Shown here: piece after piece, positions 1 to 9,121 of the stretch
How positions within the stretch are numbered: the first letter of the stretch is position 1
Layout of the letters: every line of letters begins with the position of its first letter
Source of the DNA: Elusimicrobiota bacterium
GTDB lineage: Bacteria; Elusimicrobiota; Elusimicrobia; F11
Assembly (NCBI GenBank): GCA_046153645.1
Contig: JBJXGI010000044.1
Coordinates: forward strand, 513-64,512
Direction: 5' to 3'
Length of the DNA: 64,000 nt
Position numbers and translations under genes: made by a program
The notes under the pieces: generated by a model
Databases searched by the model: none
Told to the model about the DNA's origin: nothing
The model's input: only the letters and a program-made list of their open reading frames with translations

Positions 1-1
1 A

Positions 2-487
2 ATAAATTTTGAAAGCACCAAAGAAACAGGAACAACCTTCAAAATTTATTTTCCATCCACAGAAGAATCTATTCACAACAAAACAAAAAACCATGAACTT
101 CTTATTAAAAAACACAATGGGACAGCAATGATTGTTGAAGATGAAGATTCTGTTCGTCGTCTTGCGGGGAGAGCCCTTATTGAAAAAGGGTATAAGGTCA
201 TTGAAGCCAAAAATGGAATTCAAGCTCTCCAACTTTGCAAAAAAAATATCGGAGCCATTGATTTATTATTAACAGATGTTGTCATGCCAAAAATAAATGG
301 CCGAGAAGTGGCCGAAAAATTTCTATTAAGCTACAAAGATATTAAAGTTTTATACATGTCTGGTTATACTGAGGATAATTCATTTTTAAAAGAAATTTTA
401 GAAGAGGGCGCTCATTTTTTACCTAAACCATTCTCGCCGCAAACACTCACCACTAAAGTTCAACAATTATTAAATTCAAACAACTAA
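2..487 (+). CDS. C-terminal part of a hybrid sensor histidine kinase/response regulator (5' end outside window)
   Basis: Frame open from base 2 reads ...ESTKETGTTFKIYFP (end of HATPase_c), then a receiver domain (IVEDED, LLLTDVVMP, YMSGY, FLPKPF). Confidence 0.85.
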   Translation: MNFESTKETGTTFKIYFPSTEESIHNKTKNHELLIKKHNGTAMIVEDEDSVRRLAGRALIEKGYKVIEAKNGIQALQLCKKNIGAIDLLLTDVVMPKINGREVAEKFLLSYKDIKVLYMSGYTEDNSFLKEILEEGAHFLPKPFSPQTLTTKVQQLLNSNN

Positions 488-498
488 TAAACGGCGCT

Positions 499-1197
499 TC
501 AAAAGTGCACGTTAAGACCAAAACGACAAATAAAACCACACAAAAAGGCAATGCTATTTCCTAAAGTCACACTCGTGGAACTGAAATCAACTTGGCGAGT
601 AACAACATGGCGGCAAAACATAGTCACCACAAAAATGAGAACAAATATCCACCAAGGATGAGGTAGAAAAAAACAAAGCCAAACAATCAGTCGGTATAAG
701 ATAGAAATATATTTTTCTTCCGTTTCAGGGTAATCACGACCAAAAATATCTTTTTCAATAAACCAAATCGTAACCGTAGAAAAATGAGTAACAATAACGA
801 ATAAAAGACCAACATACGGCCAAGTATTCTGAACAGCTTGCGTGCTATGGGGAGATATAAACCACAAGACAGCCAAATGAACAGCTTGATCCCATATATA
901 AAACACAGTGCTATCTTCCCAGCCCTGATTGATTTGTTTTACCCGAAACCAATCTTCAACAAAATGTAAAAAACCCGCTATAGAGATACCAACCCACCCA
1001 TTAAAATTCATCCCACCAATAGAAAACCAAGTCTGATTTAAAAAGGGCCAGCATAAAACAATGTAGCTAATGGGATGAAGGAGGACATGGACCAATAACC
1101 CCATAAAACTGCGTCGTTTCCACTCCGCAATGAAGTTCGTTTGAAAAGTAAAATCGGCCAAAAAGTGACCGAATAATAAGCGAATAAACACTTCCAT
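499..1197 (-). CDS. DUF3307-family membrane protein
   Basis: GHFLADFTFQT, H...H, HFVED and DQAVH motifs; several hydrophobic helices. Confidence 0.7.
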   Translation of the reverse strand: MEVFIRLLFGHFLADFTFQTNFIAEWKRRSFMGLLVHVLLHPISYIVLCWPFLNQTWFSIGGMNFNGWVGISIAGFLHFVEDWFRVKQINQGWEDSTVFYIWDQAVHLAVLWFISPHSTQAVQNTWPYVGLLFVIVTHFSTVTIWFIEKDIFGRDYPETEEKYISILYRLIVWLCFFLPHPWWIFVLIFVVTMFCRHVVTRQVDFSSTSVTLGNSIAFLCGFICRFGLNVHF

Positions 1198-1293
1198 ATT
1201 AATGAATGAAGGATACTAGAAGAGATATTTGAAAACAAGAGGCTAACCCTGTGACTTTTAACACGTGGTTTGTATTGATTTAACAGGTCGTTT

Positions 1294-2292
1294 TTAACAT
1301 TTACAACGCCGAAGGGGCAACGAATAGGGAATAAACCCATTATTTGACCCTCTAAAAAGAAGCTCAAAAGGGCAGTGCGCCTGATCACCAGAGATAAATA
1401 AATCATCAAAACCATCTCGATCAAAATCAAAAACCCCATTTATTTTTAGATGTCCCGTTCCCTCTTTAAGAGAAACTTTTGTTTGAAGAAGAGTCTCAAG
1501 CCTCTGATCAGACCAGGAAAGAAGAACTTCAGAGCTCAGCCCTTCATCGTCTGGGGTTAAATTTTTTCGTTTTAACCAAATAAGTGTTGTAGAAGACGAG
1601 TGACTCAATTCATAGGACTCAGTTGAAAATTCATCCAAAAAAGGGATTTGTTTTTTCATAACAATTCTCAGATTGTCTCCCAATGGTATTTTCTTTAAAG
1701 ACTCAACAGAATAAAACTGAACAGTGCCGCTGGAGAGCTTGAGATCGGTTGTAAAAAAAATAGGATTTTCTATAAGAGGTTCGTCTAACACAGCTTCTAA
1801 AGTAAAGGGTCGATCCGTTTCGCATTGATTTAACGATCGTCGTATTTGAAAACCGGCAATGGTAACGTGAGAAATGTTTGTTTTTCCTACCGCTGTCATC
1901 ATATCATCGGGACGCACCAAACAATGATCAATAAAATACTGTCTTAATTTCAAATTTGAAAAATCAAGAGTCAAAATATTTCCGTGGAATTGATCGGTTG
2001 CTATATCTAGAAACTCATCTAATTCAAGGCCCGTGCACAAAGGAAGGGTGGCCAGTTCCATTCGATCAGAAAAAATTTCTACGGTTTGTTTATCTCCACT
2101 TAAAGTCGTTTCGGGTAAATCTCCATCACGATCTTTCCAGAGTTCATCCTCTTGTTGTTTTGCCACTATCAGATTTTCAATTTGATCATCATCGGTGGAG
2201 GCAAAAAGAAGAGAAGGATGGGATGCCATAAAAAACAACATCATGACCCGAGGCAATATCAACAGAAAAAACTTTATTCTTCTGACCAACAA
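1294..2292 (-). CDS. Hypothetical exported protein
   Basis: 332-aa ORF abutting the dusB stop; hydrophobic N-terminus; DFDRDGFDD Ca-binding-like loop near the C-terminus. Confidence 0.6.
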   Translation of the reverse strand: MLVRRIKFFLLILPRVMMLFFMASHPSLLFASTDDDQIENLIVAKQQEDELWKDRDGDLPETTLSGDKQTVEIFSDRMELATLPLCTGLELDEFLDIATDQFHGNILTLDFSNLKLRQYFIDHCLVRPDDMMTAVGKTNISHVTIAGFQIRRSLNQCETDRPFTLEAVLDEPLIENPIFFTTDLKLSSGTVQFYSVESLKKIPLGDNLRIVMKKQIPFLDEFSTESYELSHSSSTTLIWLKRKNLTPDDEGLSSEVLLSWSDQRLETLLQTKVSLKEGTGHLKINGVFDFDRDGFDDLFISGDQAHCPFELLFRGSNNGFIPYSLPLRRCKC

Positions 2293-3306
2293 TTACTGCC
2301 CTTCCGTCATTGTGGATTTAACAACTTTAAAATCTTTGCTTTCTAGCATGGCCCGTGTCATGATGTCTCTGACTTGAATTAAGTTTTTGCTTCTCACCAG
2401 TTGATCTCTCCAATAAGCGGCATTGGTCACACCTGCAATATACCACGCACCAATACGTCTCATATGAAAAACAGCTTTTTGCTCACCTTCATACAAGGCT
2501 TCAAGTTCCATATGTTCGAGAACGGTTTGTAAGCGTTCTTCTCTTGTTGGAAGAATTGGCTTTTTTCCTTCAAAAAGTTCATCATGAATTTGAGAAAAAA
2601 TCCAAGGGTTGCCAAGACCGCCACGACCAATCATCACCCCGTCGCATCCACTGATTTCTTGCATACGTTTGGCATCAGCCGCGGTTACCACGTCCCCATT
2701 TCCAATCACGGGAATTTTAACAGCGCGTTTTACTTTTCCAATAGCTTCCCAATCAGCAACACCACTGTATCCTTGGGCTTTGGTTCGACCATGCACAGTA
2801 ACAGCAGACACCCCGCAATCTTCCGCCACTTTTGCCATTCGAACAGCTTCGTCACCAGAAGGATCATCAAAACCTTTGCGAATTTTAATGGTCAGTGGAA
2901 TTTTTTTTAACACTTTTACAACTTTGGTAAAAATATGAGCTGCTTTTTGAGGTTCTTTTAATAACGCTGACCCCGAACCAATAGCAGTAATTTTCCTGAC
3001 CGGACAACCCAAATTCAAATCGAGCAAATCAAAACCCTTCTCTTCAATTCTTTCAGCGGCAGCGGCCATAATATCGGCATCACACCCAACCAACTGCGCC
3101 CCTAAAGGAGAATCTGCCTCTATGGTTTTTAATAAGTTATGAGACTTACCACTATCATGCATGAAACCATTGGCTGAAATCATTTCCACAAAACAAAAAC
3201 CCATCCCACGTTTACGCGCTACCATGCGGTAAGCAAGGTCGGTACAACCAGCCATCGGAGATTGAATGATAGGGGATTTAATTTTAAGAGATTTTAATTG
3301 GAACAT
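2293..3306 (-). CDS. dusB: tRNA dihydrouridine synthase DusB
   Basis: SPMAG, DLNLGCP, VHGRT, IGNGDV, GVMIGRG motifs. Confidence 0.92.
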   Translation of the reverse strand: MFQLKSLKIKSPIIQSPMAGCTDLAYRMVARKRGMGFCFVEMISANGFMHDSGKSHNLLKTIEADSPLGAQLVGCDADIMAAAAERIEEKGFDLLDLNLGCPVRKITAIGSGSALLKEPQKAAHIFTKVVKVLKKIPLTIKIRKGFDDPSGDEAVRMAKVAEDCGVSAVTVHGRTKAQGYSGVADWEAIGKVKRAVKIPVIGNGDVVTAADAKRMQEISGCDGVMIGRGGLGNPWIFSQIHDELFEGKKPILPTREERLQTVLEHMELEALYEGEQKAVFHMRRIGAWYIAGVTNAAYWRDQLVRSKNLIQVRDIMTRAMLESKDFKVVKSTMTEGQ

Positions 3307-3312
3307 AAAAAG

Positions 3313-3385
3313 TAGCGGGGGCCGGAATCGAACCGACGACCCAGGGCTTATGAGTCCCTTGCTCTACCAACTGAGCTACCCCGCC
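3313..3385 (-). tRNA. tRNA with CAT anticodon, most likely elongator tRNA-Met; CCA not encoded
   Basis: Reverse complement GGCGGGGTAGCTCAGTTGGTAGAGCAAGGGACTCATAAGCCCTGGGTCGTCGGTTCGATTCCGGCCCCCGCTA folds as a cloverleaf with GGTTCGA T-loop; lacks the C1:A72 mismatch of initiator tRNA. Confidence 0.92.
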
Positions 3386-3462
3386 AAAATTAAGAACGTA
3401 GGCGGAATTTTACTTTTTTCGAGGATGTTTTGTATGTAAAAAAGAATTCCGCTCTAGTCAAC

Positions 3463-4632
3463 TTAAGGCATACGCAATTCTTTGCAGAAAGTAGCAAAAG
3501 GGAGAACACGTATTCCTGTCGTGCTATGGATAAAATCTTTTTCTCCAAGATGCACCTGATAAAAAACGGGAATGGGTGTACGCTCTTGGAAATAAATAGC
3601 CGACGCACTCACCGATCGTTCACCAGTTTTGCATTCCACAGCAAATTCAGGCTTATTATCTCGAAGCACCACAAAATCAACTTCCCGCCTATCTGTATCT
3701 CGAAGAAAACGTAACTCCATTCGGTATCCCTCCGTATCTTCAATCCAATGACAATATTTAAGAAGCTGAGAAGCCACCAGATTCTCAAAACGAGGCCCGT
3801 CTTCGGTTATATGCGACCAATCCCAAAAATACAGTTTCTGTTCTTTGCGCACGGCGCGAATCCGTGAAGCGCCATAAGGAGGAATTCGAAAACAGACAAA
3901 CAATCGCTCCAAAATTGAGATCCACCTCTCTACTGATTCATGAGAAACTTGGAGTAGGTTTCTTAAATTCCCTACCGAAAGAGGGGACCCCACACAAACA
4001 GGCAAATGAGCCACAAGCGCTTCTACCAGCGAAATCTCTCTTACTTGTTCAAGATCACGTAAATCTTCCCTTAAAATGCGATCGGTATGCTCTCGAAGCC
4101 AACGACGGTGATGTGTTTCATCCGCGCGAAAAAGAGGTTCTGGAAATCCGCCAAACTTGAGCAAGAGAGGGAGGCCTTTGGGGTCTACTGTAGGGTCAAA
4201 TTCTCGTAGAGAAAAAGGATGAAGTCGAATAAAATGATAGCGCCCTGCTAAAGAATCTCCTCCCTTGCGGTAGAAATCTAAACGCGCTGAGCCTGTTACC
4301 AAAATAGAGAGTCGGGACTTATTTTTATCATAAAGGCCTTTTACCAGATTGCGCCATTTTTGATATTTGTGAATTTCATCAAGAACTAAAAGTGATTCGT
4401 GAGAAGGCAATTGGTGATTCAATAATCGATGACGATCCTCTAAATCATCCCAATTGAGATAAGCCGAGTGGGTCTCATTAGCGCCAATACCCAGAAGCCC
4501 CAGCGCCAACGTGGTTTTTCCAACCTGCCTTGGCCCTCCTAAAAAAACCATCTTTTGTTTTAAATCAGAACGTAAGGAGGCGTTGATATAACGGGAATAA
4601 GCAGATTTGGAGTTATTAGTTTTTTCAGACAT
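3463..4632 (-). CDS. AAA_14 ATPase with DUF4143 domain
   Basis: GPRQVGKT Walker A, LVLDEIH Walker B, TGSA, SLAGR, GGFP, KLYFWD, FENLV, REVDFV...VECK. Confidence 0.88.
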   Translation of the reverse strand: MSEKTNNSKSAYSRYINASLRSDLKQKMVFLGGPRQVGKTTLALGLLGIGANETHSAYLNWDDLEDRHRLLNHQLPSHESLLVLDEIHKYQKWRNLVKGLYDKNKSRLSILVTGSARLDFYRKGGDSLAGRYHFIRLHPFSLREFDPTVDPKGLPLLLKFGGFPEPLFRADETHHRRWLREHTDRILREDLRDLEQVREISLVEALVAHLPVCVGSPLSVGNLRNLLQVSHESVERWISILERLFVCFRIPPYGASRIRAVRKEQKLYFWDWSHITEDGPRFENLVASQLLKYCHWIEDTEGYRMELRFLRDTDRREVDFVVLRDNKPEFAVECKTGERSVSASAIYFQERTPIPVFYQVHLGEKDFIHSTTGIRVLPFATFCKELRMP

Positions 4633-4637
4633 ACCCT

Positions 4638-4665
4638 ATTTTACTCATGAGTAAAATCGTGTCAA
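4638..4665 (-). promoter_or_regulatory. sigma70-type promoter overlapped by a perfect 20-bp palindrome (candidate operator)
   Basis: TTGACA (4660-4665), 16 bp, TAAAAT (4638-4643), 5 nt before the ATG; ATTTTACTCATGAGTAAAAT at 4638-4657. Confidence 0.65.
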
Positions 4666-4689
4666 TATGATTTTTAACATGAGCCCCTG

Positions 4690-5727
4690 CTAAACAGGAA
4701 AAACGTGGAAAGCGGTGATTCCCACAAAAACCTCACGCCCTTGATCAAACCCACTGGCAATAGATACACCCTTGGGGACATCAGCGATAATTTCTTTATC
4801 TCCCCCCACATGAAGCGATAATTCCATGGAGGCCCCTCTGAATCTTAGTTTGGTAATTTTTCCCGGCACCTGAAGAGTTTCAGGTACAGAACTAACATAC
4901 ACATCATGCGGACGAAAGTAAATTCGCACTTTTTGGCCCACGGGAAGACCGGGAACGGTAAACCGAAACGGGCCCCAGGTCACCAAATCAGGACCAGTGA
5001 CATTGGATTCAATAAAATTCGTTTCACCAACGAATTCCGCGACAAATTGACTCGCCGGGCGATCGAAAATATCTAAGGGTGAACCTGTTTGCTCTATGCG
5101 GCCCTGATTCATCACAAAAATGGTGTTTGCAATTTCCATCGCCTCTTGTTGATCATGCGTGACAAAAATGGTGGTCACGTGTGTCTGCTCATGCAACCGA
5201 ACAATCCATTCTCGCAGTTCTTCGCGCACTTTTGCATCCAGAGCGCCAAAAGGTTCATCTAAAAGTAAAACACTTGGATGTGGAGCCAAGGCGCGCGCTA
5301 AAGCCACACGCTGCCTTTGCCCTCCCGACAATTGATTGGGATAGCGGTGCCCCAATCCATCTAATGACACCAAACCAATAAGCTCTGAAACACGCTCTTG
5401 AATTTCAACTTTGGTGAAATTTCGAACTTGTAAACCAAAAGCGATATTTTCAGCCACAGTCATGTGCCTAAAAAGGGCATAGTGCTGAAATACAAACCCA
5501 ATATTTCTTTCTCTGGCAGTTCGAGCTGTGGCTTCTTTCCCTGTAATTAAAATCTCCCCCGAATCGGGAATTTCAAGGCCTGCAATCATACGAAGAAGTG
5601 TACTTTTTCCAGAACCGCTGGGCCCCAACAAAGCAACCAATGAACCCGACTGCACATTGAAACTGACATTTTCAACAGCAGCCAAACGACCAAATTTTTT
5701 ACTTAAGTTTTGAACTTGAATACTCAT
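4690..5727 (-). CDS. cysA: Sulfate/thiosulfate ABC transporter ATP-binding subunit
   Basis: GPSGSGKS, FVFQHYALF, LSGGQRQR, LLLDEPFGALDAKVR; TOBE-like tail; operon with cysW and cysT. Confidence 0.92.
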   Translation of the reverse strand: MSIQVQNLSKKFGRLAAVENVSFNVQSGSLVALLGPSGSGKSTLLRMIAGLEIPDSGEILITGKEATARTARERNIGFVFQHYALFRHMTVAENIAFGLQVRNFTKVEIQERVSELIGLVSLDGLGHRYPNQLSGGQRQRVALARALAPHPSVLLLDEPFGALDAKVREELREWIVRLHEQTHVTTIFVTHDQQEAMEIANTIFVMNQGRIEQTGSPLDIFDRPASQFVAEFVGETNFIESNVTGPDLVTWGPFRFTVPGLPVGQKVRIYFRPHDVYVSSVPETLQVPGKITKLRFRGASMELSLHVGGDKEIIADVPKGVSIASGFDQGREVFVGITAFHVFPV

Positions 5728-6584
5728 ATGTGCGCTCTTTTTTCAATAATAACTTTAACGATAAGGGTAATAATTGATAAAAACGCCAGCAAAGAGGCCA
5801 CTGCAAAAGAGGCCACAAAGCTGTATTCATTGTAAAGAATCTCCACATGCAATGGGATGGTATTGGTTAATCCTCGAATATGCCCCGATACCACCGACAC
5901 CGCGCCAAATTCACCCATCGCGCGAGCATTACACAGAATAATTCCGTATAAAAGCCCCCATTTGATATTGGGAAGTGTCACTTTTTTAAATATTTGCCAC
6001 CCATTGGCTCCCAACACCCAGGCCGCCAGTTCTTCATCTGTCCCTTGGGCCTGCATGAGTGGAATAAGTTCTCTGGCCACAAAAGGAAAGGTAATAAACC
6101 AAGTGGCGAGCACAATACCTGGCCAAGAAAAAATAATTTTTATTCCATGATCTACAAACCAAGGGCCCACATATCCGTGGGCGCCAAAAACAAGAACAAA
6201 AATCATCCCAGCAATAACAGGCGAAACAGAAAAAGGTAAATCAATCAAAGTGATAAGAAATGTTTTCCCCTTAAAATGAAACCTTGTTATCGCCCAAGAC
6301 GCGCACAAACCAAATAAAATATTAAGTGGCAAAACAATTATTGTTGTTAACAGCGTTAATTGAATAGCCGACCATGCCATGGGCTCTGAAATGGCTTCAA
6401 TGTAGAATGAAAAACCTTTTCGTAAACCCTCAAAAAAAACAGAAAAAAGTGGCAACAAAAGAAACGCGGCAAAGTAAAACAATGTAATTCCGATGAGAAT
6501 TTTCTGAACAATTTTTGGTTCAGTTAATTCTTTTGAAACCGCTGAAACTTTTTGCCCTCGCAATCGAGAGATGGTACTGGCCAT
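5724..6584 (-). CDS. cysW: Sulfate ABC transporter permease CysW
   Basis: LIDLPFSVSPVIAG, FPFVARELIP, ARAMGEFGAVSVVSGHI. Confidence 0.93.
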   Translation of the reverse strand: MASTISRLRGQKVSAVSKELTEPKIVQKILIGITLFYFAAFLLLPLFSVFFEGLRKGFSFYIEAISEPMAWSAIQLTLLTTIIVLPLNILFGLCASWAITRFHFKGKTFLITLIDLPFSVSPVIAGMIFVLVFGAHGYVGPWFVDHGIKIIFSWPGIVLATWFITFPFVARELIPLMQAQGTDEELAAWVLGANGWQIFKKVTLPNIKWGLLYGIILCNARAMGEFGAVSVVSGHIRGLTNTIPLHVEILYNEYSFVASFAVASLLAFLSIITLIVKVIIEKRAHI

Positions 6585-6599
6585 ATTAATACAGCTCCT

Positions 6600-7439
6600 T
6601 TAGTTTTGACCCTGGCGGGAACGACTCCACCACTGGAGAAAATTAATGAAAAGAATTAACAAAAATGAGGTGAGTAACATCACAACCGCAATCGCCGTCG
6701 CCCCGGGGTAATCAAATTGTTCTAGTTTGGTCATAATTAAAAGAGGAGTGATTTCCGTTTTCATTGGCATATTTCCTGAGATAAAAACAACTGATCCATA
6801 TTCCCCCAACGCACGCGCAAAAGCCAGCGAAAAACCCGTCATTAATGAGGGTAACAATACCGGAAACACCACATGTCGAATGGTTTGCCAACGATTGGCC
6901 CCCAACGTGGCGGCCGCTTCTTCCATATCTCGATCTAAATCTTCTAACACAGGCTGCACAGTTCTTACAACAAAAGGAAGCCCAATAAAGGTAAGAGCAA
7001 TCCAAATTCCAATGGGAGAATAGGCAGATTCAATCCCAAGTGGAAATAAAAATTTTCCTATCCAACCATCTTTCGAATATAAAGTGGTTAATGTAATACC
7101 GGCAACAGCGGTGGGAAGGGCAAAAGGCAAATCAACAATGCCATCAATTATCTTTTTCCCTGGGAATGAATATCGAACGAGTACCCAAGCAGCAATAAGC
7201 CCAAAGAAAGCGTTCACCAGAGCTCCCAAAAAAGAAACAGTGTAAGTTAGCTTGAGAGCCGCAATAACGCGAGGCGCCGTTACCACTCCCCAAAAACCAG
7301 ACCACCCTAGAGTGGATGTTTTGAAAAATAATGTCGATAACGGCAAAAGAATAACCAAACTTAAAAACAAAATGGTCATCCCCATGGTAAAACCGAAACC
7401 GGGGAGAACCCCTCGGTTTCGGTTTGAAAAAAACAACAT
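6600..7439 (-). CDS. cysT: Sulfate ABC transporter permease CysT (CysU)
   Basis: VLPGFG, DLPFALPTAVAG, LPFVVRTVQP, ARALGEYGSV. Confidence 0.93.
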   Translation of the reverse strand: MLFFSNRNRGVLPGFGFTMGMTILFLSLVILLPLSTLFFKTSTLGWSGFWGVVTAPRVIAALKLTYTVSFLGALVNAFFGLIAAWVLVRYSFPGKKIIDGIVDLPFALPTAVAGITLTTLYSKDGWIGKFLFPLGIESAYSPIGIWIALTFIGLPFVVRTVQPVLEDLDRDMEEAAATLGANRWQTIRHVVFPVLLPSLMTGFSLAFARALGEYGSVVFISGNMPMKTEITPLLIMTKLEQFDYPGATAIAVVMLLTSFLLILFINFLQWWSRSRQGQN

Positions 7440-7455
7440 GAACCTATCTGCCTTC

Positions 7456-8097
7456 CTAATTAAGTCCGGGCTGAGGAGTGACTCTCAAATAAGGTTTTAT
7501 GGCTTTATACCCTTTTGGAAAAAGACGCTTAATTTCTTCTTCATCTTTGAGCGCTGGGACAATAATGACATCTTCCCCTTGTTTCCAATTGACGGGCGTG
7601 GCCACTTTGAAATTATCCGTCAGTTGCAGCGAATCAATAACCCGAAGAATCTCTTCAAAATTACGCCCTGTGCTGGCCGGGTAAGTAATAATTAAACGAG
7701 CTTTTCTATTGGGATCAATAACAACAACAGAACGCACCGTAAAAGTATCGCTGGCATTGGGGTGAATGAAATCATAAAGAAGAGATACTTTTTTGTCCGC
7801 GTCTGCCAGAAGCGGAAAGTTAAGCGCTGTTCCTTGAGTTTCTTCAATATCTTTAGACCAAGCGTTGTGATCTTTTAAAGGGTCGACACTCAAACCAATC
7901 ACTTTCACCCCTCTTTTTTCAAACTGCGGTTTTAGTCTTGCGACTGCGCCTAATTCAGTGGTACAAACAGGCGTAAAATCTCTCGGATGAGAAAACAAAA
8001 CCACCCAACTGCTATCCGCCCACTGGTAAAAATCAATAGGTCCATCGGTAGAATCTTGTGTGAAGTTTGGAACAACATCTCCTAATTTAATACTCAT
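7456..8097 (-). CDS. 1-Cys peroxiredoxin (Prx6/LsfA-like)
   Basis: FSHPRDFTPVCTTE active site, YPASTGRNF, VATPVNW, YLR; AGGAGG SD at 8105-8110. Confidence 0.93.
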   Translation of the reverse strand: MSIKLGDVVPNFTQDSTDGPIDFYQWADSSWVVLFSHPRDFTPVCTTELGAVARLKPQFEKRGVKVIGLSVDPLKDHNAWSKDIEETQGTALNFPLLADADKKVSLLYDFIHPNASDTFTVRSVVVIDPNRKARLIITYPASTGRNFEEILRVIDSLQLTDNFKVATPVNWKQGEDVIIVPALKDEEEIKRLFPKGYKAIKPYLRVTPQPGLN

Positions 8098-8135
8098 AAT
8101 ACAGCCTCCTCATAATACACCGCTCGCATGGGCAT

Positions 8136-8171
8136 AAAAAAACCCATGCCAACGATTCGCTGACACGGGTT
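8136..8171 (-). terminator. Intrinsic terminator in the 5' leader of the peroxiredoxin-cysTWA operon
   Basis: AACCCGUGUCAGCG-AAU-CGUUGGCAUGGGUU then a U run; all 14 pairs form only on the minus strand (G-U wobbles). Confidence 0.8.
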
Positions 8172-8197
8172 AGAAAAATAGGTTCTATCTCCGCCGC

Positions 8198-8328
8198 TTT
8201 AGCTCCTGTTTAGGAAACTTCTATTTTCTACTCTCTATTTTCTAATTTCATTTTTGAAATTAGCACTTAGAAATTTGATATTAGAAGTGACACTCGGCCG
8301 GTGCAAGTTGGACTTTAAATTTCCGCCG
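8198..8328 (-). ncRNA. Candidate SAM-II-type riboswitch aptamer with a long inserted loop
   Basis: CGGCGG-AAAUUU...CUUGCA-CCGGCCG...[~80 nt insert]...UAAACAGGAGCUAAA follows SAM-II motif order; lies between a TTGACT-16-TAACAT promoter (8345-8372) and a terminator, upstream of sulfur genes. Confidence 0.6.
8218..8287. repeat. Inverted heptamer-repeat hairpin (TA[A/T]TTTC-type)
   Basis: tattttc tactctc tattttc taatttc - attttt - gaaatta gcactta gaaattt gatatta. Confidence 0.7.
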
Positions 8329-8404
8329 TTTGAAACTGAAAATAATGTTACTACATTTCTTATTTAAGTCAAGAAAAGTTTCAGTGGATAAATATACACT
8401 TAAT

Positions 8405-8447
8405 TAGCATAGTAAGTCGACAAAATGACGACATACTATGCTATAAT
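8405..8447 (+). promoter_or_regulatory. Inverted-repeat operator and extended -10 of the AbiE operon
   Basis: TAGCATAGTAAGTCG...CGACATACTATGCTA (15 bp, 1 mismatch) overlapping TGcTATAAT; AbiEi antitoxins are known to autorepress via promoter inverted repeats. Confidence 0.7.
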
Positions 8448-8458
8448 AGACATATTAT

Positions 8459-9121
8459 ATGGACAGCATCAACCTTCTCAGAAAATGCATTCCTCACGAA
8501 GAGTTTGACTACCAGACTGTCGTTGCCATTTTAGGGAATTATCAACATCCGCGGGATAAAATCACTTCTTTACTACGAAAAAAAGAAATCATCCGCATCA
8601 AAAAAGGAATTTATATTTTTGGAGAAAACAATGCCCGTGAGTCTTTTTCCAGAGAGGTTCTTGGGAATATGCTCTATGGCCCGTCTTATATTTCATTAGA
8701 CTACGCGCTCCATTATCATGGCCTTATCCCTGAACGGACAGAGGCTATCACTTCGGTGACAACAGGCCGCAAACGCCGATTTTCAACACCAGTGGGTTTA
8801 TTCTTCTACCAAACCATTCCTCTCAAAGCCTATCCTTGGGGAATAAAACGTATTGAGTTGTCTGACAACCGATCCTTTTTTATCGCCAGCGCTGAAAAAG
8901 CCATCGCTGACAAAATATACACAGACCGTGGCACCGCAATTCGAAGTCAAATTGAAATAAAACAATATATTCTAAAACATCTGAGAATAGACGGTCATAA
9001 ACTCAAAGAGTTAAACACATCTTTACTCCTCAACATCGCCAAACAATATCGATCACAAAAAATATTTTTATTAAGTAAATGGATTGAACATTTCAACAAA
9101 GGATCTGAAAAGCATGAATGA
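8459..9121 (+). CDS. Type IV TA antitoxin, AbiEi-like
   Basis: N-terminal wHTH (IIRIKKGIY), PSYISLDYALHYHGLIPE, ASAEKAIADK; coupled to the AbiEii gene. Confidence 0.82.
   Translation: MDSINLLRKCIPHEEFDYQTVVAILGNYQHPRDKITSLLRKKEIIRIKKGIYIFGENNARESFSREVLGNMLYGPSYISLDYALHYHGLIPERTEAITSVTTGRKRRFSTPVGLFFYQTIPLKAYPWGIKRIELSDNRSFFIASAEKAIADKIYTDRGTAIRSQIEIKQYILKHLRIDGHKLKELNTSLLLNIAKQYRSQKIFLLSKWIEHFNKGSEKHE

Noticed and set aside
3313-3385. tRNA as an integration site for an island
   Set aside because: No duplicated tRNA 3' end or integrase seen; its 3' side adjoins dusB.
8218-8287. CRISPR array
   Set aside because: Units are 7 bp with no unique spacers; no cas genes or spaced repeats noticed anywhere in the window.
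9084-9113. ORF-track starts at 9084 (AbiEii) and 42847 (dnaX)
   Set aside because: The ATGs at 9114 and 42868 give family-typical N-termini and more plausible gene spacing.
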